Below are positions 33,462-43,464 of a DNA stretch of 64,000 nucleotides, piece after piece. The stretch is from Schizochytrium sp. TIO01 (Eukaryota; Protista; Bigyra: Labyrinthulomycetes), in assembly GCA_004764695.1 (NCBI GenBank), contig SMSO01000032.1, positions 2,294,001 to 2,358,000 of the forward strand, in the 5' to 3' direction. Made by a program: the position numbers and the translations under genes. The notes under the pieces were generated by a model that saw only the letters and a program-made list of their open reading frames with translations, did not search any database and was not told the DNA's origin. Positions within the stretch are counted from its first letter, which is position 1; each line of letters starts with the position of its first letter.

Positions 33462-35529
33462 CTAATTAGGTGTAGAGAGACCTAAGAGGCGCCTAGCTCC
33501 AGCTAGCCAGCTCCTGGAGGCGAAAAAGCGAAGAGCAGGGATTTTGAAATTCAAATGTCACCGCAGGAGCTTCGCAGGAATCTTGAAACCCTTCGACAGT
33601 GGTAGAACTTGAAGGATTGAGGATTGGCTGATCGGTCAGGCACCCCGTGGACGAGCGAGGCGGGCTGACCAACCGCCCTGGGCACCTGGCGTCCTGGCGG
33701 GCGGGAGGCTTTCCGGGCGAGCGGAGTTCGTCTCGAATGGGCGGATGATCTTTGTGCGACGTATTCCAAGGTCTGGGCTGGCTGTTTGAAAAGGGCAAAA
33801 CGACAGAAGTATGGATTTTCTTTCTAACCTCCCTCCCTCCCTCCCTCCCTCCCTCCCCGCCGAGTCGAGTCGAGTGGAGTGGAGTGGAGTGAGTGCTAAA
33901 GTCTCGCTCGGAGCAAGCTCTCTCTGGAGGTTGTGACATTCTTTGGGCCCATCGTTTCGGGGCCTTTCATCCTCTGAATCCCAGCCAATAGGTATCCATC
34001 CTGCGAGTCGATCTCAATGACTGCGTCAACCAGCTTGTGGAAACCATCATCCACACCAGATCCTCCAATTCTTCGATAATCTCTTCTGCAAATTCGCTCC
34101 CCGCGATTGCGAAGGCCGGGTACCTATCGCCGCAGGGTATTCGTGACGACCACGATCAGCGATCGCGCCAAAGCAGAGGCGGTTACCCGGCTGGAGTCGG
34201 AGTATTTCCGAGCAATGGTTGGAGCTGTCAATTGGCGTGCCCTCCGTGGCCATTGAAAAGGTTCGCTTTTTTGTGGAGAAAAACCAGGGCAGCTTCTTCT
34301 TTTGCGGGCTCAAGAGCAGGCAAGCAAGAGCTCGTGATCGGTCGCTCCTTACGTCGTGGCCGGACTCCAAGTCACAGCAGCCACTTGCTGTCATCTGCTG
34401 CGCTGCCGTGCTGCTGCTGTTGCTCCTGCCGCTCGATATCCACACGCTGCTCGAGTTGGCACCACGAGAGTCCCAGAGCGTGTTCCCCATGGCGTTTGGG
34501 CTGCGGCTTCAGGGAAAAGATGGAGCCGCCCAGCAGACAAAAGCTACGGCGAAGAGGTACCTTGCATCTCCTAAGCTCTGCCTGCATACATGTGAAGGAA
34601 ACGAGAGAAGCTTAACGAGCGGGCTTCAAGAACTGGTTTCGACGCACGAGTGGCCGGCCCATCTTTGGTGGCAGCTATAGGGGCGGACACCCATTGGATG
34701 GAGAAACGATCGAATAGGTATAGGCGAACTTCGAATGATTGGGTGCATATGAAGGTAGCGTAACCTGTGTCAAGAATGTCGTAAATATCCATGTCTCATT
34801 CATGATCTTGTGAACGAAACCCTTGCAAGTGCTTTCATTTTATTTTAATTAAAACAAAAAATTAAAAAGTTAATTAAAAAAGCAAATTAGTGTTTTTAAA
34901 ATCAACAAAATTACTTACTTTTCTGTTTTTTGTTTTGTTTTGTTTTTTGTCTCGTTGAAAATAATATTTAAAAAGGAAGCTTTTACTTAGGTACTAGGTT
35001 CTTTGATCATTCATTACGCAGTGGGTAGATAGATAACTCTTCTGTGCACAATCTTTGCTTTGTTTACAATGAATGCTGGTTATCGCATAACTGTCTGAAA
35101 CCAAGCCATGATCACGGCAAGATTAAGCAACCAATCAATCAATTAATTGGTTAATTGCTCGCTGTACACCTGCGATCATTAGATTCACATCGTCCTCGCA
35201 AGTCCTAATTCTGTCATGACGAAAGCGTCAATCCCATAGTAGTGCAGGTATTCACTCGCAAAAGGTAATGCTTTGCGATCTTTTTCTCTTCTTTTCATTG
35301 AAAACTAAAGCTTGTGTAAAATAACCAATGCCAAATCAATCAATCAATCAATCAGTCAGTCAATCACTCCGTAGTATGGTATAGTACGAGCTCTGCCTGA
35401 TCACGCGCTCGCTCGCTTACAAACAAACGAACGCTCTATCTAACCTGCTGCCAAAATCCACGAAACCGCAACGCCTGCACAACCCATTTTCCTGCACGTC
35501 GAGAGAGCGGTAACTCAGGGGGCCCAGGG

Positions 35530-35559
35530 TGAGTCAAGGCTGACGTCAGGCTGACGTCA
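35530..35559. promoter_or_regulatory. Cluster of bZIP sites: TGAGTCA (AP-1) plus two TGACGTCA (CRE), spaced 11 bp apart
   Basis: Sites start at 35530, 35541 and 35552, about 750 bp upstream of the TLC-like gene. Confidence 0.5.
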
Positions 35560-36299
35560 TAGTGTAAAAGTAGGACTAGTACTACCTAGGATGAAGGCGA
35601 GGAGGAGGAGATTCGAGGAATTGACGATCGAGCTAGCTAGCTAGCTAGATAATCTATCTATTTTGCAGTGAAGGCTTGAACGCTTCGAATAGATTCGCTG
35701 AAGCGCAGGGTGGCTAAAGCTCTAAGACGCTGCACCGACATAAAGATGGAAATGCCTGAAAGAAGAGTGTAAGTTCCGAATAATGCGACCAGCTCACCTG
35801 AAAGAAGCAGTTGAAGGCAATTAGTTAGTGGTGATAGTTAAAGTTCTTTCCTTGCTTTCTTTGCTTTTTTCCCCCCAATACTCACTCCCACATATTCATG
35901 CATTCATTTTGTAATAGATGGATGGGAAGTAAATTTTAACCTACGCAGGCGCAGTAGGAATAAGCATAGCTGATGGTAATCCATATATCATAATGTTACC
36001 GGGTCCTGCACCACGAAACAACTGCGTCAGCGGACTCAGCGAAGACTCGCGCGACCAGTGCGCCTGCTTGGAGAAGAGAAACAAAACTTCTATCTTCCGT
36101 CGCCATTGCAAGACTAGAGCTCAGCACGGATCTTCTCCTTGCCTGCTTGCCTGGGAAGGCTCTCCCAGGCCACTCGGAATTCGTACGCCAGTTTTGTTGC
36201 GCAAACAGCCATAGACAGGTAGATCACCTGAAAGCAGAAACCGAACGGAAAAGGCTTCCTTCCCCTGAAAGCTGTTGTGAAGCGGCGATTGCGAGGGAA

Positions 36300-37043
36300 A
36301 TGCTCTACCCTCGCAGGTTCTTTGCGTGGAGTTTGGTGAAGACTGCAACGCAGCTCACTGTCTCTCTACTTTCACTTTGTTTTATTGTGGAGTCATGCTT
36401 CTTCGTGCCAGGGCACTATGACGCAAGCGTATGGTCTCGCGAGTCCGTTGCATGGATTTATATTGTGCAAGGCGCCTTCGAAGTCGCAGATTTAAGTGCA
36501 GAATTGTGGATGCTTTCCAAGGAGTCTGGTCGAGACCACCTCCCGTGGGACTCTATTTTGCACCATGGAACTAGCGCAGCCTATGCATTTTATATCAGCT
36601 GGCGTGCACCAGTGCTCGATATGGGATTTCTTGGCCTGACTATTGCTGCACTTTCTTGCCAAGTCATTGGACCTCTCTACACACTCCACCGTTGGCGCTT
36701 CAAGCACCCTCATTTGGCCCTTGCCATCCTCATTGTGCAGCTTGGCTACCGTTGCCCCTTGGCCGTGGTATCTATCATTCGCGCAATTCAGTATTTCAAT
36801 GAGGCACCTTTCCCCCATATCCTTATTATTCTTTGTCTTTCATACCTTGACTACAAATGGCTAGGTTGGGCCTTCAACCTGTACCGCCGTCGCCAGGAGC
36901 AGAAAAATGAGAAGCAGCAGGAGCAGGAACAACATTCCAAAGACGGGTCTGCCTCCGTCACAGATCCCTTTAAGCCGGCTAGGACGAATTCTGATGCTCG
37001 TGAAACCCTCACACAAGCAGCAAGAGCCTTGAAGACTCTCTAA
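36300..37043 (+). CDS. TLC (TRAM/LAG1/CLN8)-like multipass membrane protein
   Basis: ORF 36147..37043 with first ATG at 36300. It has about 6 hydrophobic segments, FEVADL, an ILHH motif, a conserved-looking GYR and a C-terminal Y.WL.W segment, all typical of TLC domains. Confidence 0.6.
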   Translation: MLYPRRFFAWSLVKTATQLTVSLLSLCFIVESCFFVPGHYDASVWSRESVAWIYIVQGAFEVADLSAELWMLSKESGRDHLPWDSILHHGTSAAYAFYISWRAPVLDMGFLGLTIAALSCQVIGPLYTLHRWRFKHPHLALAILIVQLGYRCPLAVVSIIRAIQYFNEAPFPHILIILCLSYLDYKWLGWAFNLYRRRQEQKNEKQQEQEQHSKDGSASVTDPFKPARTNSDARETLTQAARALKTL

Positions 37044-37899
37044 GCACACGAAGTGACAGTCTTACCTTCTATTACAGTTGCCGATGCCTATTACAATTGC
37101 CGGCATCGGTGACGATCTCGCATGTCGCCATAAGATCTATTTCATCATGACAAAACCTTCTTGAATGGAATGGTTTGTTTTTTCTCTTGCCACCCTCGGT
37201 CCCGTCACCCCCTCGCTTTGAAATCATTTGCATCGCTTTCTATGAAAAAGCTTGTCGACGCAACCGAGTGTGCTTTTAACAAAACTCCTTTCGGTAGACG
37301 TATTTTTCCGTATTTGCTCGGTTCTGTTTAACCCATCTTCCGCATTTGTGAAGAGATAGAGGAAACATGTGCATTACCAGTAGCATGACCTTGTCATATT
37401 ATCAAAGAAAGCAATGTTCGTCGACATCGTCTTCGTTGCTCCAACCTAGCTTATTCCGTTTCATTTCCTAAACACGGCCGTTGCGTGTGCACAAACAGTA
37501 GAAGTAGTAAGTCTTAAAGAAACAAAAGCATACGCCGTAATAATATGGAAACTAGTATCAGTGTTTTGTACGAGCAGCAGCAGTAGCACAACCGACAACT
37601 CCTATTCAAAAATTCATCAAAAACTTTTCCTTGTACAATAAGTAGCTATAAGTATTGATAACTTTGAAAACTTGTTTTTACGTTTAAGAATACACTTGAA
37701 GTTTGACCTACTCCAAACCATGCCAATGTGGATATTCACTTGTATGAAATCTGGCATATGCCCCCGCCCCCCCCGCCTTGTGACGCAACAGCAGCAACCA
37801 TCCCATTACTCATCAATTCAAAATGCAAAAATGGACAATCCACGTGCTCAATAAGGAGCCGAGGTCAAAATCATTCACTTTCCTCGAAGTAGCCATGGA

Positions 37900-38150
37900 A
37901 TTATACATAGACTACCTGCGATGATACAAAACATGAGCAATTGAAGGCAACTTATTGTCAATGAAATTTTAATTTCTCTACTGAAAATTGCTAAGTTGGT
38001 CCAATTTATAAAGGATATGAGCAATTGACGGCAACATATTGCCGCCGATAGCTTGATTTTGTTACAGCAGATTCCTACGTTGATCTAATCTATAAATATG
38101 GGAGCAATGGAGGTCTTCCAACACTTCAATGCTGCCAAATTAGGTACATA
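37900..38150 (-). pseudogene. Decayed 28-aa (RNI-like) LRR gene fragment
   Basis: The DNA repeats with an 84-bp period (ATGAGCAATTGA.GGCAAC at 37933 and 38017). Minus-strand translation gives IYRLDQRRNLL*QNQAIGGNMLPSIAHILYKLDQLSNFQ*RN*NFIDNKLPSIAHVLY, with in-frame stops. Confidence 0.5.
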
Positions 38151-38655
38151 TCTTATTATTTGTGTTTTATAGAACAAATTATCGCGCCAAAGAAGACATC
38201 ACAATATATTTGAAAAATGAATGCAAATGTATCGTTTTAAAAAGCAAATGAAGAATTCTCAAATTCGTTTACACATTATGGACTTCTAATTGGAAAATGG
38301 ATGAGAAGAAACATAAGAGCAAGTGGAAAATACTGGGATAAAGAAGCAGTAAGGCAGGGGAAAACGAATTAAAAATCGCCCTGTCTTATACTTGCCTTTA
38401 TATGCAAGTAATGACAATCCTTGCCTACGGCCTTTGTCCGACGTTACCCAATCGAACATGATTTTTGTTGCTTTATGTTCTTGAATTGATAAAAAAGTAA
38501 AAACAGCCAAGGCGGCTCGTGCTGCACAAGGCTTCAAAGATCTTGCAGGGGGTGGCGCAACTGTGCAATAACAGCAACAGTCTGTCCAGTAGAAGGTTTT
38601 TGAGATGAAATAAGGTGGGCTCATAAGATTCATTAAAAGAACCATGGAACCATGC

Positions 38656-39624
38656 TTAGGCCTGGGAGTGAGCAGTCTCCTTCTTGAGTGCGGCTACCTC
38701 TCCCTTCAGTTGAGCAATCTCATCACGCAACCGAGCAATCAAAGCAACACATGAACCATCACAGTCCTTTCCTTTCCTTAGAGCTGAATCACCAAGGGCG
38801 TCGGTGCGCAGAGCGGTCGGAAGCTCAGTGCCTGTCGCGGTTGTGGGCAATGTGGGTACAGTTGGTCCATCTCTTGATCCAGACGGATTTGATGGACCAT
38901 TTGAAGGCCTGCCACGTTTAAGTCTGTTGTATTGTCTGATGATGTCGTCGTCTGACTCGAAGTAAGGGTTCTGCGTGTTTCGGTTCAAAACCTTTTCTGT
39001 GATGTATAAAGGAAGTGCCTCCGGATCTTGTTCATTGATGGAACCACGCAAACGGTCCACAGCCTTGCTCATGTTTTCAATATATTCCATTTTGTGCGCA
39101 ATGAATTCAGCGTAGCGCTCCGCGGGTACGTTTCTTGCTTTACTGCCCACGTAAATTACATTGGAGCGTACCTTTTGCTCAATTGACTGGCCATAGGCCT
39201 TGATGCTGAAAATGAACTCTGCGACAAATTTGTTTGACTTGCACTCTTGCGTGTGAAGTTTCATGCTCACAGTTTCAGGTACCAACAGAATGAGTTGCAC
39301 GAATTCCTCTGACTCGCTGTTAAACTTATGGATAGCCTCGTCAATCTTGAAGTTGGAAGTGCGGTCAAACTCACCTCCCGTGGATGAGATTTGCAGCACG
39401 CGAATATTTTCTAGCCTCCATTGCACAGCCCCTCCCAAAGGTTTGCTTGGTCGCACACCTTGTGCTGGTGATTGTGGCGGCAAGAAAACTACCACAAAAT
39501 GCATAGACCGACCATGCGAACCCACGTTAAGAAAGGCCCTCGAAGATTGGTGCATGATATGAACGCTACTGGACTCGACGCCCGGTGGGTCCGGCGGCGA
39601 GCCTGAAGTGCCCTGAGAATCCAT
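38656..39624 (-). CDS. Uncharacterised 322-aa protein, possibly DNA-binding (beta-rich domain, KRGRP motif, C-terminal coiled coil)
   Basis: Clean ORF with a GCAAG-ATG start context. Alternating beta-strand patterns end in VRSNVIYVGSK, and there is a heptad tail IARLRDEIAQLKGEVAALKKE. Confidence 0.7.
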   Translation of the reverse strand: MDSQGTSGSPPDPPGVESSSVHIMHQSSRAFLNVGSHGRSMHFVVVFLPPQSPAQGVRPSKPLGGAVQWRLENIRVLQISSTGGEFDRTSNFKIDEAIHKFNSESEEFVQLILLVPETVSMKLHTQECKSNKFVAEFIFSIKAYGQSIEQKVRSNVIYVGSKARNVPAERYAEFIAHKMEYIENMSKAVDRLRGSINEQDPEALPLYITEKVLNRNTQNPYFESDDDIIRQYNRLKRGRPSNGPSNPSGSRDGPTVPTLPTTATGTELPTALRTDALGDSALRKGKDCDGSCVALIARLRDEIAQLKGEVAALKKETAHSQA

Positions 39625-40035
39625 CTTGCAGTTGCAAATTAATGTAACACAATTCAGCTACTCAAAAAGGCTGCACAATTTTCACGCACCTTGCGTGCGC
39701 CAAGCACCTCAAATTGCTTCTGCAACTCCACGCTGCCGCAACCCGTTTCTATTTCGGCCTCTTTTGGATGATCGTTTTATATGGTATTCTGTATCTGTAT
39801 ATCTGTATATATACTAGCTCTGTTCTCCTTCGCTGTTGTTTTTTCCCACTGCTCTCGCGCCCAACAGCGAAATGCTCGCTCCAGAGTCGCCGCTACAGAG
39901 CCGCCGCACAGACTGTGGCGCGTTCAAGACGCCTCGGAGGCCTACCCGCCGTACACGGAGCCGCGGAGGCAGCCGGAGAAGCGCGCACGAGCCCGCTCGC
40001 CCAGCGCAGAGATCAAGGTCTGTTGCGGACCAACT

Positions 40036-40117
40036 ATGACGAGTAAAAAAGAAGCAGAAAAAGACGAATACTGAGCATGACGAGTAAAAAAGAAGCAGAA
40101 AAAGACGAATACTGAGC
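40036..40117 (+). repeat. Perfect 41-bp tandem duplication
   Basis: ATGACGAGTAAAAAAGAAGCAGAAAAAGACGAATACTGAGC x2. Confidence 0.95.
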
Positions 40118-40933
40118 ATACCAACTTAGAAGACAGTACGTAGGTAGTAATACCACCTCCTACCTAGGAGTATAGTACCTAGTACCTACCTATCTGTCTT
40201 TATGCATTCATTGCTTTCGACCCAATAATAAGCAAATACTTTTATCAAGTAGAAGTATACGAGTACCTCGTGGAGAGGGAAAATAAACAAACACGCCAGA
40301 AACAATAATAAACATAATCATAACAAATGAAGCAGATAGCAAATACCGTATTACAGTTGGCTAACTGCTACGTAGTTGCTATTCCCTGCTAACAGCACAA
40401 AGGGATGGCACCTCGGGAATAAATAGCAAACTAGTACTACCTAGGTACTGTAGTTGATAATGTAATGCAGCAGAGAAGTGGCTCGCTAAAGGGAATAACG
40501 ATGGATTTGAGCAAGGCTTAGATATAATGTGGTCGTGAAATAAGTGCGTTCATAATAGATTACGTTGAGTTTGGTTTCAAGGTAGCTATAGCTCACAAGA
40601 ATAAACAACAAAGTGGATGCATGATATGGGCCGATTATGCCAAATGCTGCCATCCTCAGGAGGCGTCTAAGACTTGTAAATTTGCCAGGAAAATAGTTTC
40701 CTAGTACTGTGAGGATCTGTGCTGAATTGCCTTATTACTTTTAAAAGACAATTTCAAAGATAACTTGTAACACATTACTATTCGTCAAAGGAAGCAACCG
40801 AGGAAATAGCAACGATCAAAATCTTGCACGAAATTTAGCTCAATAAAATTCTGCAAATAAAAACAAAAGTGCAGCACTCAAATAAAGGACATAATAAGCA
40901 CGCATGCTTATACTGTGGTCATACCTGCTACCT

Positions 40934-42565
40934 TCATTCAGAATCATAGAGCTCTTCAGAGGCATCGTAAGAAGTTGCAACACGTAAAGCACGACTTCGC
41001 GAGCCACCACGGCTGAGCATTAAGATCCACTTCATGTCTTCGACACCCATACTCGATGGAGGGCTAAACCACTCAAGCCCTTTGTGAACTTGAAACCCGT
41101 AATTTATGAGCCGATCAAGAGCCGGCTGGTCTTCTTCGACCTCGACCAATGTTGTTCTTCTTGCTACCAAGTCGATTGAATTAGCTCCAAAGTGAAGCCC
41201 ATCATCAAAATAGGCTTCATCACTTCCGAATTCATCAATATCCTCGTTAAACTGATTTTCTCCACCCCCGCGAAATGGCCGTGTTGTCGAAGACCGCGAT
41301 TGTGGAATTTTACCATAAGGTGGTAAAACCGGAACCCCCATTTCAATAACCTTTGTGATTTCAGGGCAAACCTCTGCGCGTAACATTCGTAGAGTTTCTA
41401 AGCGGTGTCTAGAAAGAAAACCAGCTTGAAGCATGAGCTCAAAAGAAGCCCACGCGCAACAAGAGACATCTAAATACCGCAACGTACGGAAATTTTGCTC
41501 ATTGCCTAATGTACATAAGAGATAGAATGATGATTCGCCCGTGTTGAAATTACCTGCAAGAGAAAGGGCTTGTAAGCCTGGGCAAGCCTGGGCAAGGAGT
41601 TCTACTACATCTTCTGTAAGATTCGGGCAAAATGAAATATCCAGCTCTGTAAGTTTGTGGACGCCTCGCACCTGGATTGCATCATGCAGAAGTAACGCCG
41701 CCTCCCACGAGTCAATTAATCCATCTGAGACAGTCTCCGTCAAGACCTCATCTGTCACTTTATGAGTTGACGCGTCCTGGTTTTCACCGCCTTCTGAAGA
41801 GTATTTCGCCTGTAATGCCGCGAGCTCTTGCTCCATATCGTATTCAGCTCTTCCATAATCATCAGCTGATAGCTCCCAATCGTCAACAGTCTCGAGCTGT
41901 AGTAGCGTCTTCGGCTTTGAGCTATCATCTCCTTTGACGCCAGAAACCTCAGCACTAGGTTCAATAATGTGTACAAAGTCATCTGTGACTTCGGAGCACC
42001 GAAGTTGCAAGTATGTCATATTACCGTCCAGAAGTCCTACGAGAATCTCGTTAGTAATGATTCCACGCGGTCGACCTGTGTTACTATGCGTTTGCATCGC
42101 TACTAGCGCAGTTTGGCGCAGAATCTCAGCCTTAAGCCCTGGCGGCATGGTGGCCAGTGCCTCAATGTCTTCCCTGTTGACAAATTGCAGATCCCTGACG
42201 ACGTGACGTACACAAAGTGCTTCAAGCGAGTAAATCTTTGGGTCTACACGAAGCCAATCTGAAAGAGATCTTCGAAGGAAATCACGCGTGGCACGGTCAT
42301 ATTCAGGACCCGCGCTGCGACGGAGTGCTTGAGATGCAAGGTATTGTCGCTCCTTTTCCTGGCGACGCCTGAACCCTTCATACATTCGCATTTCCTGCAC
42401 CTGTCGAGAAAGTGTCATGTGATTTGAATTGCTGTCCTCATCACCATCTCTGTGAGGACCTCCAACGCCTTTCGAGATCGAGTGTCGTGAGAGTGCAGCA
42501 CGGATCTCGAATCGCGCCATGGCACGCCAGTGGCCGCATTTACCAGGCCGATCGGGGTCCGCCAT
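40934..42565 (-). CDS. Cys-containing LRR (AMN1/FBXL/Rad7-like) protein with a putative Elongin BC-box
   Basis: LRRs LTELDISFCPNLT, LQALSLAGN and LRYLDVSCC. N-terminal YSLEALCVRHV...MPPGLKAEIL resembles a BC-box plus cullin box. First ATG is at 42565. Confidence 0.72.
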   Translation of the reverse strand: MADPDRPGKCGHWRAMARFEIRAALSRHSISKGVGGPHRDGDEDSNSNHMTLSRQVQEMRMYEGFRRRQEKERQYLASQALRRSAGPEYDRATRDFLRRSLSDWLRVDPKIYSLEALCVRHVVRDLQFVNREDIEALATMPPGLKAEILRQTALVAMQTHSNTGRPRGIITNEILVGLLDGNMTYLQLRCSEVTDDFVHIIEPSAEVSGVKGDDSSKPKTLLQLETVDDWELSADDYGRAEYDMEQELAALQAKYSSEGGENQDASTHKVTDEVLTETVSDGLIDSWEAALLLHDAIQVRGVHKLTELDISFCPNLTEDVVELLAQACPGLQALSLAGNFNTGESSFYLLCTLGNEQNFRTLRYLDVSCCAWASFELMLQAGFLSRHRLETLRMLRAEVCPEITKVIEMGVPVLPPYGKIPQSRSSTTRPFRGGGENQFNEDIDEFGSDEAYFDDGLHFGANSIDLVARRTTLVEVEEDQPALDRLINYGFQVHKGLEWFSPPSSMGVEDMKWILMLSRGGSRSRALRVATSYDASEELYDSE

Positions 42566-43464
42566 AACGATGATTGGGGTCCGGTGCAAGGTCTAACCCA
42601 CAAAGTGGGAAACGGGCCGGACCTGGGATCGTACAAAATGTTAAAGAATGGCTCTGAAGAGGCAGAAGGTTGAGGCGAGTGAGGAATTGTGATGCTTGGT
42701 GAGTCATTACTTTCATTTCTTTCGCTTATTTTTGTTTATATTCTTTTTTGTTTATAACTTACACCTATACATAGAGACTACTACTACAATCTAGGCACAA
42801 CCTATGATATACTTGCTCAGCCGCTGCTGCAAATGCACCTTTTCTCCACCAAACGTAGGGCGTAACTCATCCAAACACGGCAGTCTAGATACTGTACATG
42901 TTTCAAATCAATGGGAACCATTCACGTGAATTGGAGTCGGTATTTTAAAGGAAGGAGAGTGTTCAACGAGTGTTTAACGTTTGTAAATCAGAACCCGAAT
43001 CTTAGGAACATATCAGGGACATATTGTTTGTATTTACCAAGCAAGATAATTGATCTCAAATTATCAACCTTGCAGACACCAACTATTCTTTTGCGCCTCA
43101 CTGCGCGATTCCCAATGATCAATCAGGTTGGGCTTGAAAATACAAAATTAGACCTCTGGCGGATCGACATACTTACTATCTTGCCTTTTTAAAGTTTTAC
43201 GAAATTGGTCAAATGACACTGGCCCGAACGACAGAGCAGTACATGCTTTTACTGCGCTGGGTACAAACCTCGAACGGGTGCTGACTTCACATTGTTATTG
43301 GCACCTATTCTTATCAGTCAAACTCAGAGCATTCTCCAAATTCACTGCACGAAAACAAAGTTTTTCTTTTACCAACAAACTTGGTTAACTACCTATCCAC
43401 GCAAAAGCAACTAACTCGGTTTCTGGCAGCCCTAGAACCTCAAAGTCTAGTGCCGACGAGACTG

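Noticed and set aside
34037-34680. Overlapping 147-192 aa ORFs on both strands
   Set aside because: This is a GC-rich, (CTG)-rich segment open in several frames with no recognisable motif; I cannot support a CDS.
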